Assembly: GCA_008632985.1 (NCBI GenBank) | Contig: QPGO01000025.1 | Span: forward strand, 372,001-436,000 | From: Psammoneis japonica | Lineage: Eukaryota | DNA: 64,000 nucleotides | Reading direction: 5' to 3' | In this document: in pieces, positions 1-11,400 of the stretch | Numbering within the stretch: position 1 is the first letter of the stretch | How the letters are laid out: each line of letters opens with the position of its first letter | Translations under genes and position numbers: made by a program | Notes under the pieces: generated by a model | The model's database searches: none | What the model saw: only the letters and a program-made list of their open reading frames with translations | Told to the model about the DNA's origin: nothing

Positions 1-3000
1 TTTTTGTTGCTTGTTTTTGAACAAATCCATTCACAATCACCGTGTGGCAGTTGCAGAGCACACAACCACACAACAGACTGCCAGAGAAAACAACAACAAC
101 AACGCATGCACCACACAGCAGGTCCGTCCAGGCTTTGAGAAGGCAGACACTGTGCAGAAAACATGTTGGCTCTGGTGCCTTCTGGGGTGCATTGCAAAGA
201 TGCTGCTTTGTTCTCAAAGGTGCTTGGTGTGTTTTTTCTCTGTTCCCAAAAAAGAGGGCCAGAAATGAAAAAAAGGTGCTTGCTTTTTGGGCTGGTTTTT
301 GCAAGGCATTTTCAAAGGTGCAAGCACAGCATTGTTGCACTTTTGCACAAAATGTGCAGTGTGCAGCAGCTGCCAGCTGTTTTGCCAAGTGGCTGAGTCT
401 TGATTTCCATTGAGTGGGCAGCTTCGCAGGTGGCGCAACCTGTTCTGATGCACAGGTGAAAGACTGGGTGTGGAGTGCAGAGGCATCATCATGCAGACTG
501 CTTGCACAGGATGGCATGGGCTGCAACTCTCAACAGTGCATGATGTGTGGCCAAGTTGCAACTGGGCTCCCTCACCAGTTTGATGGAAGAGGGAGAGCTG
601 GCCAGCTTTGCTGTGGAGGAAACTGCTTGGGTGTCTGGGCGGCCCTTGCAAGGTGCCAGTTTGCCCAGAAAGCTGTCCTCGTCAATGAAAAATGTGCACA
701 CTGGACCCAAAGAATGCCTGGGTTCTGTGGCATGCAGCTGGCAAGCCCCCCCAGGTTCCAAAACAGAGTTGTGAGACATTGCAGCTTTGCCAGTGCTTGC
801 AGAGAACCTCAACTTCAAAAGAAGTTGCTCTGAGCCACTCACCAGCATCTTTCCGCTGAGATCACAGCACAATGTTGCTTTGTTCAAGGCAAGAAATGAC
901 AGAAAAATTTTGGCAGAGTGCTGATCCTGTGCCTGTGGAGTCCACATGAGCTGCAACAGCCACAATGGTGGCACCACAGCCAAGGGCAACAAGGGGTGCA
1001 ACACACTTCAGGCATGCACACCAAGCAGATGGGCAAAACTCCACCAGCTCTTCCAAAGCTGAAATCATTGCCAGAGATGGCATCACAACAAAGGTTTTGG
1101 TGTGAGCCAAATGTTGTCAACAGAGACATCCAGCAGAGTGCCATCAAATGACGGGTGGAAAACAACAAAGAGCAGCAAGGAAACACCAGGAAAACACCCA
1201 CACAACACTTCTGCATTGAGCACTTTTACAATGTTGTTTGTCTTGCCAAGCATGGTGAAAGTGAAATGCTGCTCTCTTCCATTGGACCAGATGAAAGTTG
1301 AATGTCAGCAAAACGTCAGCTTGCCACACACATTGCAAGACTTTCAATGAGTGTCATTTGGGTCAACACAAGGAGTTGGTTGCAAGAAGAGAATTTTGGC
1401 AGGTCCTGTTGGTGCCAGCAGGAGAGTGAGTGAGAGCACAGTTTTTCCAGAAGCCCATGCAAAGGCTGAGCTTCCCTGCCAAGTTGGTCACCAGGTGTGC
1501 TGGCATTTTTGAAAGACCACCATGGTGCAGTTGATTTTTGCTCAAGAGAGCTGTGCACTCATGCACTGGCTCTCTTTCAACTCTTGGGAGAACAAGTGCA
1601 ACAGAACTTTGCATGCCCAGCTGCCCTCTGAAGTGCCCTCTTCAGTGGAAGGACTGCAAAACATTCAAAGAAACAAGATCTTCTTGAGGGTGACATTTCT
1701 TTCTCCATGAGAGGGCACAGATTGAACATGCCTTTTGTGGTGTGCAGGTGTGCAGGCTTTGTCTGTCTTGTGCTTTTTGATTTTTTTGCACATGTCCATG
1801 ACTCAAAATGACCAGACACTGTTGGTTGTCACACAGATGGCAGAGCCAGTGCACTGAACCAAAATGACGGGTCTGTTGCACACACAATTGGCGAGCATCC
1901 CTGGGTTCTAAGTCAGAGCAAAGATTGCCCCACCACACCATTGCCAGCACTCCAAGAAGATGTGATGCTTTGCAATGCCAGCACTGCCATGCTGCACAGC
2001 AGTGGCTGTCCATTTGCAGTCATTGCCAAAGCTTTCACAGAGCCAGTGTGCTTGAGATTTGCTGGCTTGTTGTTCAAAACAGCCTGACAAAGAGCTTGGG
2101 GAAAGATTGCCTGTGCTCCAGATTGGGGCTGAAATCTCTCAAATGTCAGGTCAAGTTAATTGCCTCAGGTTGACATGATCGCCCATCTGACAAACATCTC
2201 TGACTGACAGGTTCTCATGTTCTTTCTTGGGTGCTGAGAGTTTGCATTGGCCACTTTGCTGTCAAGCACCAGCAAAAACTGGGTTGCACCTCATGGTCTG
2301 CTCTGTTTCCAACATGCTCTTTTTTGTGCTTCTTTGAACTCAAGCTCATCTTTCCAAAGCTGCGGGTGATGCAGCTGCTGCTTTTGGCACAATTCATGTC
2401 CTCAAGAGTTTTTTCCATGGAGCTTTTGACAACTTGCCTTGCTGTTTAGAGAGGTCAGAGTGGAAAAGCAGGCACCCTCCTTGCAAAACCAGGTGACCAG
2501 CTCTGCCAGCCAGTTGGCAGCACAAGTTTGCACTTTGCACTTCAAAAAATTCTGCACCTTGAAAGAAAACAAGCACCTGTTGAAAACTTCACACCACCCT
2601 TTTGAGTCCATCCCAGTTGCACTCATTGTGGGCTGCTCCTGGAGATGGCACACAACAGCTGCAAAGTGTTGGGTCTCTTTGGAGCAGAGGATGTGACATG
2701 TCAAGATCACAGATGCTGGTGTGCAGCCACAGAAAACACGTTGGCTCTGGTGTCTTCCTGGGCACTTCAAAAAGGTGCTGCTTTTGTTCTCACAAAGGTG
2801 CTCAGCTCTTTTCACCTTTTCAAAAAGGGGCTGAAAATGAGAAAATGTGCTTGCTTTTTGGGCTGCTTTTTTCAAAGCAAGGCATTTTTGATGGTGCCAA
2901 GCAACTCATTTTTGCAGCTCCTGCTTTGCCATCTTTCCTTTGGAAAAAAGTTGGCTGCACAACAAAGCCAGCTGTGCAAGCTCCAAGTTTGTCCACGGTC

Positions 3001-3450
3001 CCGCTGGCAGCACCACATGGCTCCGAACTTTCAAGAGCCAATGATGCCAGCCCAGGCCACACACCTTTAAATCAACACGAGCCGCTGGTTGTTGCGAGAG
3101 AAGAAAATTTGTTGGCATGCCCCATTGGCCAGCAGAGCAGTGCAACAGAGCACAATTGCCTGGAGCATGCACAAAGATTGAGCTCAAGCCAAGTTGGTTG
3201 AGCTGGGTCAGCGCTTGCGAAACACTGCAGCACACTGCCCCGCTCATTGAAGAGAGCCAAAAGCAGCCTCTTTCAAGAACAGCTCTTGGGGGACAACTGC
3301 AGCAGAACTTTGCATGCCCAGTTGCCCTCTGAAGCACCCCAGCTTGAAGGAATGCAGAAGATGCCAAACAAACAAGATCTCTCTAGAGCAGAGAGTTTCA
3401 ACTTGAAGTTTCCACATCCTTTCTCCAAGGCGCAGATTGAAGATGCTTTC
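1..3450. repeat. Old, heavily mutated repeat/TE-derived block depleted of TpA and CpG
   Basis: Only a handful of TA dinucleotides in ~3.3 kb (e.g. 1909, ~2157, ~2447, ~3067) and few CG. Internal diverged duplicates: ~154-310 resembles ~2729-2888, and ~1598-1685 resembles ~3298-3382. No recognisable intact ORF. Confidence 0.7.
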
Positions 3451-3576
3451 AGGCGCAGGCCTGTCGTTCTCTCCTTGCTTCCTCCGTTTCCCGCGCTTTT
3501 GCTTTCTTTGTACAGCACAAAGCTAAATATTTTTTTGAATAAAAACGAATGGAAGATCTGGATTCGAAATGCTGTA

Positions 3577-4115
3577 ACACGGCACACGGCACACGGCACA
3601 CGGCACACGGCACACGGCACACGGCACACGGCACACGGCACACGGCACACGGCACACGGCACACGGCACACGGCACACAGCACACGGCACACGGCACACG
3701 GCACACGGCACACGGCACACGGCACACGGCACACGGCACACGGCACACGGCACACGGCACACGGCACACGGCACACGGCACACGGCACACGGCACACGGC
3801 ACACGGCACACGGCACACGGCACACGGCACACGGCACACGGCACACGGCACACGGCACACGGCACACGGCACACGGCACACGGCACACGGCACACGGCAC
3901 ACGGCACACGGCACACGGCACACGGCACACGGCACACGGCACACGGCACACGGCACACGGCACACGGCACACGGCACACGGCACACGGCACACGGCACAC
4001 GGCACACGGCACACGGCACACGGCACACGGCACACGGCACACGGCACACGGCACACGGCACACGGCACACGGCACACGGCACACGGCACACGGCACACGG
4101 CACACGGCACACGGC
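3577..4115 (+). repeat. 7-bp tandem satellite (ACACGGC)n, ~77 units
   Basis: Near-perfect heptamer array of 539 bp with one variant unit (G>A at 3679). The long RHTAHGT/CRVPCAV ORFs are translations of this repeat. Confidence 0.97.
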
Positions 4116-5185
4116 ACGCAGTCAATAACAGCACTGCAAGCATGCCTCCTCAAGGAAGAGGAAGGGGAAAACCTATTCCAGCGTGGATGGCACAGAATCC
4201 TTCAGAGCAAGGTTCTCGAAAACAGGTGGGCACCTCTTATCCTTGGTAGCTATATGATTGGTCTTGATTGGCGGGACGGAAAAGGTACATGCGCACACTA
4301 CTGTTCTGGCGACGGCCTTGGGGGACACTTGCTAGAGTCTATGAGCAGCTGAGAGAACTTCAATGCCAAAGTACCTTATACAAATACACGGGGACACGGC
4401 AGCTACATCGCGATAATAGGGGACGATCTTAATGACAAACACTCACAAATACGTCGAATTCTTATTCAATACTTCAATAGCACTCTAACTTTGAGGCTCT
4501 CTCTCTCTCTTCAACGTGTTCCCGTTCGTAGCAATCATTGTTCTTTGCTACCTCTTGCGTTGGAACGGTCATTCTTCTTCCGTGCGCTAGAATCTATCGT
4601 GAGCATGGCTGCTGTGACCACCTTATTTGGTGCTGTGCTTCGGTTCTTCAAAAAGGTTTTGTAATGTACCGTAAATTAATGATACCCGTAGTGAAGATCA
4701 ACGTCGGAAAAGACGGCTTTGGCCAAGGACCGCCGCTAGTATCTATATATTACACCAACCGCCTATCTCTATGGTTCCATGTAAAACGAATGCCTCCAAT
4801 GTCTTCTTCTGTCCTTGTCGCCAAACATGAATACGTGCAACAAGTACCGGTATACTCTGTTCTTCTTTTTTCTCCTTGCTAATTTGTGAATATATGTACT
4901 TCCGTCTTTTACGTTCCTTGCTTCTAACGAACATAGTCCTTCGTCTACGACTATTGCCAATCCCTGGATCATTATTATGTCTCTCATTCCCTGCTCCAGT
5001 TGTCTTTGCTTGGAGGATTACCGTGGCCGCACGTCTCCGCAACAATAAGATAGCCGATTGACGCAGTTTTGCCCTGTCAAACACGGCACACAGTGGTGTC
5101 AATCACCCTCATGACGATACCATCCTATCGAGCTTCTGGGCGGGAGCAGAGGATTGGATGATGAGTCGTCGCACTTCTGGAGACG

Positions 5186-5730
5186 GACGTGGGGACGCCG
5201 TACGGCCCTACTGTACGGCGTTTCCATCCTCGTGACTCAGCGTCCCCACGCATCGTCCCCACGTGGGGCGCCGTACGGCCCTACTGTACGGCGTTTCGTC
5301 GTGGCTCAGCGTCCCCAAGCATCGTCCCCACGTGGGGACGGCCGTCCCCAGTGGGGACGCCGTATGGCCCTAGGGCCTACTGTACGGCGTTTCCTCGTGG
5401 CTCAGCGTGGTGCTGCAGGGCCCTAGTTTCCTCGTGGCTCAGCGTCCCCACGCATCGTCCCCAGGTGGGTAAGAACGTCCCCACGTGGGGACGCCGTACG
5501 GCCCTACAGTACGGCGTTTCCTCGTGGCTCAGCGTCCCCACGCACGTGGGGACGCCGTACGGCCATGCAGCACTGTACGGCGTTTCCTCGTGGCTCAGCG
5601 TCCCCGCGCATCGTCCCCACGTGGGGACGGCCGTCCCCACGTGTTGACGCCGTACGGCCATGCAGTGCTGCACGGCGTTTCCTCTTGGTCCTCACGCATC
5701 GTCTCCACCGTGGGGACGGCCCTGCAGTAC
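5186..5730. repeat. GC-rich imperfect tandem array (~60-80 bp units) built from palindromes CGTCCCCACGTGGGGACG and GCCGTACGGC
   Basis: Recurrent motif cgtccccacgtggggacg-ccgtacggccctactgtacggcgtttcctcgtggctcagcgtcccca in roughly 6-7 partial copies. Confidence 0.9.
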
Positions 5731-5824
5731 GAAATGTGCATGCTGCACATGCTTGCGGTGCCGATGCGCAGGAACTGCTGCATCTTCTCACCAGACGTGA
5801 AATTTCGCGCGGCGGCGAAAACAG

Positions 5825-7860
5825 TGTTCTTTTTTTCGCCGCAGCCGCACGTTTTGCGAGATCATCAATTGCTTCCCAGTTTGACCTCTCTTGCCATTGA
5901 ACAAGGTGTCGGTGAATCAGAAATCAATGTGCGAGTCTATTTTAACCTTTGATTTTGAAAATCGGTCGTAAACCCGTTGAGCCAGTCATTGAGACTGCTG
6001 ATTTTGCCTGTTTTTGCTTCCGCATCGTTGGCCGCATCGTTTGCACTTTGCGGACACGGCTTCATCCGTTGTCTTTCATGGCTCGGATCGTTTGTTCATT
6101 GCATTGAGAAGAGCGGCTGATTGTTTTGTTGTCATGGGGAGTGTTGTCGTTGCAATGTAAAGTCGTTTTTATGTTGCTTTCTTTGTGGTCGTGCTTGGAA
6201 CCAACGGCACTTTTTGTTTCGATGCAGTTACATTGTGGTCACTCTAGCTTCTTTGTGGCAACAAGAACAGAACAACGGTCATTTCGGGGATGCGTAAATC
6301 GATTCAGGGGGCTCATGTGAAATCTGGAGTGCGCTGCTTCACTTGTTTGCGTCCTCCAGCCTCACGAAGCCATGGTGGAGAATGGCATGATGACAAGAAA
6401 ATCCAGAACGAGCATGTTGAAATGATGCGACAATGGACAAGTCAGGTGAAAAGTCTTGGAGCTGCGCCAACAAGGATGGACACAAAGTGTGAAAGCTCGA
6501 ACATGTTTGGCAGGAAACAGACAATGTTCTTGGTCGGTCGGAGAGTGCCCTGTGAAACCTTTTGGAAGTGGTTTCATCATTGCCTCCGCAGTGCGGCGAG
6601 ACGAAAGCTGAAACTCGTCGTAGAATGAGAAGCAGGAACAGACGGTGTGGTGTCACGACAAGAGCTACTTCATTTTCTGATGCTGACAGTGATGTGCTCC
6701 GTGACATCAGCTCTAGCATCCTACACGATGCTGTGGAGAGCATTCGACGAGACGCGACAGATAGCGTCTAACGCAATGCGATAGATATATTCGATAGATA
6801 GTATTAGATAATAATGTAGACAGCATTCGATGCAACACAAAAGCTAGTACCCGACATGATACTGTAGATTGTATTCGATGCAGTGCGATGGCTAATATCC
6901 GACGCGATACTGTACTGTAGACAGTATCCGACGCGATACGATAGCATCCGACACGATACTGTGTTCGACGTACGATAGATAATATTTGACAAACTTTACT
7001 TCTTCTTCCACCCTCGGAATCATTGAAGCAATGGTGAGGTACGTCTTGGACAGATCGACTCGAGGAACTAGAGGAACTATCGTTTTCTATTTTCAGGTGG
7101 TACTTCCTTCCTGTTGCCCCGTTTCTCGGAGCGCGCTGCTCTTGCTTTCTTCACATCGACATCATTTTCCTCTGACAATACTGCTGCAGCTGATGGTGCT
7201 CGCTTTCGACGCGGTCGCTCACTCATGGTATATGTGTCTTCTGACCAAGCTGTTCAAAGCAACAATAAAAACAAAAAGTACCGTTAAGTTGCACGACCAC
7301 AAGAACGAAAGGAGTACAGCAAAAACGACTTTTTGTTGCAACAATAACACTCACCATAACAATACAACGCTCAAGCGCTCTTCTCGATTCAATAAACAAA
7401 CAATACGCGCCATGAAAGCCAACGGATAGAGTCGAATCCGCAAAGTATAAACGATGTGGCCAACGGCATGGGATCAAAAACCACAATACTGCGCACAAAA
7501 CGACTTTTTTATTACGATGATAACACTCCCCATAACAATACAACATTCAAGCGCTCTTCTCAATACAATAAACAAACGATACGAGCCATGAAAGCCATCG
7601 GATGAAGCCGTATCCGCAAAGTAACATCGAAATGGCCAGCGACGGATGCAAAAATTAGGCAAAAACACGCAGAAGCAACGACTTTCTCCACGAGTTTACC
7701 ACCGATTTTCGAAAACAAAGGCGTAAAGAGATTCTTACATCGATTTCTGATTCACCGATACCTTGTTCAATTGCAACGGAGGTCAAACGGGGAAGCAAGT
7801 GCGACGCTTTCTTCAAAAGTGCCGCGTGGTGGCTGTGCGGCGAAAAAAAAAACGACAGAC
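5825..7860. mobile_element. Putative non-autonomous foldback/long-TIR DNA element (diverged inverted arms ~5825-6220 and ~7268-7860)
   Basis: The reverse complement of 5825-6220 aligns to 7268-7860 (e.g. ttgaacaaggtgtcggtgaatcagaaatc vs gatttctgattcaccgataccttgttcaa). The right arm has an internal ~176-bp tandem duplication (~7320-7470 / ~7496-7650). Low-complexity GATAC-rich tract at ~6720-6990. Exact termini and TSD not resolved. Confidence 0.6.
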
Positions 7861-8084
7861 CGCGCGCCACAACGATTTTTTCGTTGGTTGCAAGTTGCAA
7901 ACCGACAGACCGCGACAACGGACGTAGACTTCGCTTTTCGAAACCAATCATGACGATTGACGATGATACTACCACTGCCGACGACCAAGTGAGGGGAAAT
8001 CCGGTTGTTTCAGTGACTATATATGCAAAGTGATGTTGTCATCTTTTGATTGACCCAGCAGTGACTGCCTCGTTTCGCATGGCC

Positions 8085-8246
8085 TGCAGTGTCTCGCACC
8101 TTATTTTTCTGATATATAGTATTAATGAACCTATTAGATATAACGGAAGCCGTTGTAACGGGCTTCGCTGAAAGCGACCCTCGTTACCTCGGTCTTTCGC
8201 TCACAATTTTGTTATCACTGAAGTCTTTATCTCGTTAGACCTTGCA
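8085..8246 (+). repeat. 5' LTR of element 1
   Basis: Matches 13310-13471 base for base; contains a TATATAG box. Confidence 0.97.
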
Positions 8247-8275
8247 CTGTAATTACAGTCGATTCAAAGAACTGG

Positions 8276-8491
8276 ATGGAGACTAGGAACAATACAAACA
8301 AATTGACTAAACGTGAGAAAAGAGAACTACGCGCAAGAGCAGCGGTTTGGGCCATTGAGCACCAGAAACAAGTGCAACAACGCAAACGACACGAACAGAA
8401 TTTGGCGAGCCGAGTGCATCATTTGGAGTCAAAGGTAGAGTCCCTGGAGAGGACTATTGAACAATTGCATTCCCTTTTTCATGATGAGTGA
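8276..8491 (+). CDS. Small upstream ORF of element 1 (basic region plus coiled coil, 71 aa)
   Basis: ATG-initiated, overlaps the gag start in another frame, and is homologous to 22128-22352 in element 2. Confidence 0.6.
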   Translation: METRNNTNKLTKREKRELRARAAVWAIEHQKQVQQRKRHEQNLASRVHHLESKVESLERTIEQLHSLFHDE

Positions 8492-11400
8492 ATCGTTGAA
8501 GGAGCCTTGCATTGGCTATGAAGCTAAATTTGAGCATTCTGACTTGGAGGAAGTGAAATTGACCCAATCGCATGATGACGGTAGCACTCGTACAAAAAAG
8601 TGTCCGCGTTTTGATGGCACTCATGGTGTTGAAGCATTGTCATTCGTTGAGGATCGTTTTCGTAAAATTGCTGTGAAATTGGAGCACACCACTGGCGAGG
8701 AGTTGTTCGAAAATTTCGAGGAAGTGCTTGCGGATGCTGCAGAGGACAAGTGGGCGAACTTGACCAATGCAATTGACGATGCCGATAAAACTGTCGAGCG
8801 TTTTGATCAGGAAATCAATCGTTTTTACTTGTCTTATTGTGACAATGAAGCGCGTGATACGATGATTGAACATTTGCCAACTTTGAAAAAACCACTCAAA
8901 TCTGAAGTGCAGGCGCATGCAGATCGCATGGAAACCTTGATTCGGTGCTCCAACAAACTTCCAGGAAACACTCCTCAAGTCAACGAAGCTCAGAAGAAAA
9001 AGATGACATTCGACAGCTTTCCTCGTCGGTGGCGTGAGATGTGCACTCGAGCAGGACGGGCGACAGCGAACGACACTCTCGCTGAGATCATCAGTCATGT
9101 GAACAACGAGAAATCTTTTGCTGACAAGAGCAGCAACAAGAAGCAGGACAAGAAGAGGAAAAGCAATGGTGCTTCGTCTCAAGCTTCAAGACACTCTCGT
9201 GGCAACAGTGGCAGAACAGATCCAGAATCTAGATGCCCGGTGCACACGAATCACGACCACAAGTGGAAGGATTGCATTTTGAATCCAGAAAGCCAAAACT
9301 GTCGACCGAGGTCCGACCGTGGCGGTCGTAGCGGAGGTCGTGGTGGAGGCCGAGGAAACTGCCAAGGCAGAGGACCCCAAGGTCGAGGCGGTCGTGGCAA
9401 CTTCCAAGGTCGAGGACGTGGCAATTGTGGCAATCAAGGAGGATGTGGAGGCCGAGGTTATGGCAATTGTAATGACTCCCAGAATTCTCAAGGGAATGGA
9501 TCCCATTGCCAAAATCAAAACGGCACCCAAGCCAACGGTGACACCCAAGGCTGTGGAAATCCGGCTGGAGCAGCTCCTCCTGGTGGCTGGCAAATGGAGT
9601 CACACCATTTTGATCAAGGAGGGCCTCGTGAGATGTGAGGTGGAAATGGATGCGATCAGAACGGTCGCACCCATCAAGGCCAACGAAGTTGGCACAATTG
9701 ACAAGGGACGGAAGTGCCCGAGTCAGAGCGTGTCGCTCAATCTTTTCATGTTTCATGTGATTGTGAAGAAAACACATGTTTTAATGTTGATGACAATGTG
9801 GGAGACCTGATGGAATCTCATGCTGTGAATGAAGAAAAATTGGGCGGCGTTTTGGAGTGCGCTGCACCAACCCCTAAAACTGCGACTCCCAAACCATTGA
9901 ATGTGGTGCCAACGACATTGATGGCGGCGCGTGCCATTCAAAATCAAGAGAGCAAGCGAGTGTCACGAGTGCCATTGGATTCAGGAGGTGCTGACACTCT
10001 TGTTCATTCTTGAGTTTTGCCGAAGGGAGCGAATCCGACCATGAGCGATGAAGGACGGTTGAGCTTTCAGACGGCAGACGGATGACATGAATCCTCCCGA
10101 TGCGTCATTATGAAGGACTTGACATTGCCAGAATTTGACAAGTCAAAACAAGTCGACAGCATTGCGGCTCAAGTTTTTGACACCCCATGCAAGCATGATT
10201 TAATTTTGGGACAAGACTTTTTGTCGAAAGCCGGAATCGTGCTTGATTTTCGATTTGGAGTGACAAAGTGGTTGGAAACGTCAATCCCAATGAAGCAATC
10301 CAATCATTGGAACTCAGTTCAGAATTGGTTGGATACACTGGAAGACGACGGAGAGGACGAAGACGATGAGGAAGCCTTCGGACAATCTTTTATGATGGAC
10401 GCCAAATGCGAGAAAGCATCATCCGCGAAAGTGGCGCAAGCTCAAACTCACTTAACTCAAGAACAACGTGATGAGCTGCAGGCAGTGCTTGAAAAGCATG
10501 AAACCCTCTTTGATGGAACGCTTGGTAAACATCCGCATGAGACTGTTCACTTGGAAGTTGATCCCAACACTGTTCCCTTCCATTCTAAGGCTTGCGAAGC
10601 ACCCAAGAGGGGTGAAGCCGTTTTTAAGAAAGAACTGCAACATCCATGTAATGTTGGCGTGCTGGAACCAGTGGGACCAACTGAATGGGCAGCCGGAACT
10701 TTTGTAACTCCCAAAAAGGATGGACAAGTTCGATGGGCATCCGATTTTCGAGAGTTGAACAAGGTGCTCAAACGAAAGGTCTGTCCTCTGCCGATCATTC
10801 AAGACGTTATTCACCAACGCTCGGGATGCAAGCACTTGACCAAGTTGGACCTCACCATGTTTTATTGTCATGTCGAGCTTGACGAAGAATCCAAGGATTT
10901 GTGTGCTGTTGTTGCTCCGTTTGGAAAATTTTGATGTTGTCGATTGGCCATGGGTTTGAAAACCTCTCCCGACATTGCTCAAGCCATCATTGAAAAAGTG
11001 GCAAAAGGAATCGATGTTGAAACTTACATCGATGACATTGCTCAATTTGATGATTCGTTTGATGCTCACATGCGTCGACTCGATGAGCTGTCATCCAGAC
11101 TAGAAGAGAACAATCTGAAAATTAACCCACTCAAGTGCGAATGGTGTGTCCAAGAGACGGATTTTTTAGGCCATTGGCTCACGCCTGCAGGAGTCCGACC
11201 GTGGAAGAAGAAAGTGGAAGCGGTGCTACGAATGCAACCACCTAAAACTGTGACGCAACTACGATCGTTTGTCGGTGCGGCAACTCATTGTCGCAACATG
11301 TGGCCTCGTCGCTCACACGTGCTCGCTCCACTCACGAAGTTGACAGGCAAGAGCAAATTGGAATGGACCCCTGAATGTCAACGAGCCTTTGAAGATGTGA

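Noticed and set aside
11..3367. Dense overlapping Cys/His/Gln-rich ORFs (also at 44600-46050 and 54900-57880)
   Set aside because: Explained by loss of TAA/TAG codons; no recognisable domains apart from the integrase relic.
3577..4115. Telomeric repeat
   Set aside because: Internal position and no resemblance to TTAGGG-type repeats.
3247..4352. Long ORFs with RHTAHGT/CRVPCAV repeats
   Set aside because: Translations of the stop-free 7-bp satellite on both strands.
4130..5100. Short ORFs in normal-composition DNA
   Set aside because: No recognisable motif or consistent exon structure could be built by eye.
5186..5730. Possible CRISPR array (palindromic repeats)
   Set aside because: No unique spacers of constant length, no cas genes, and eukaryotic context.
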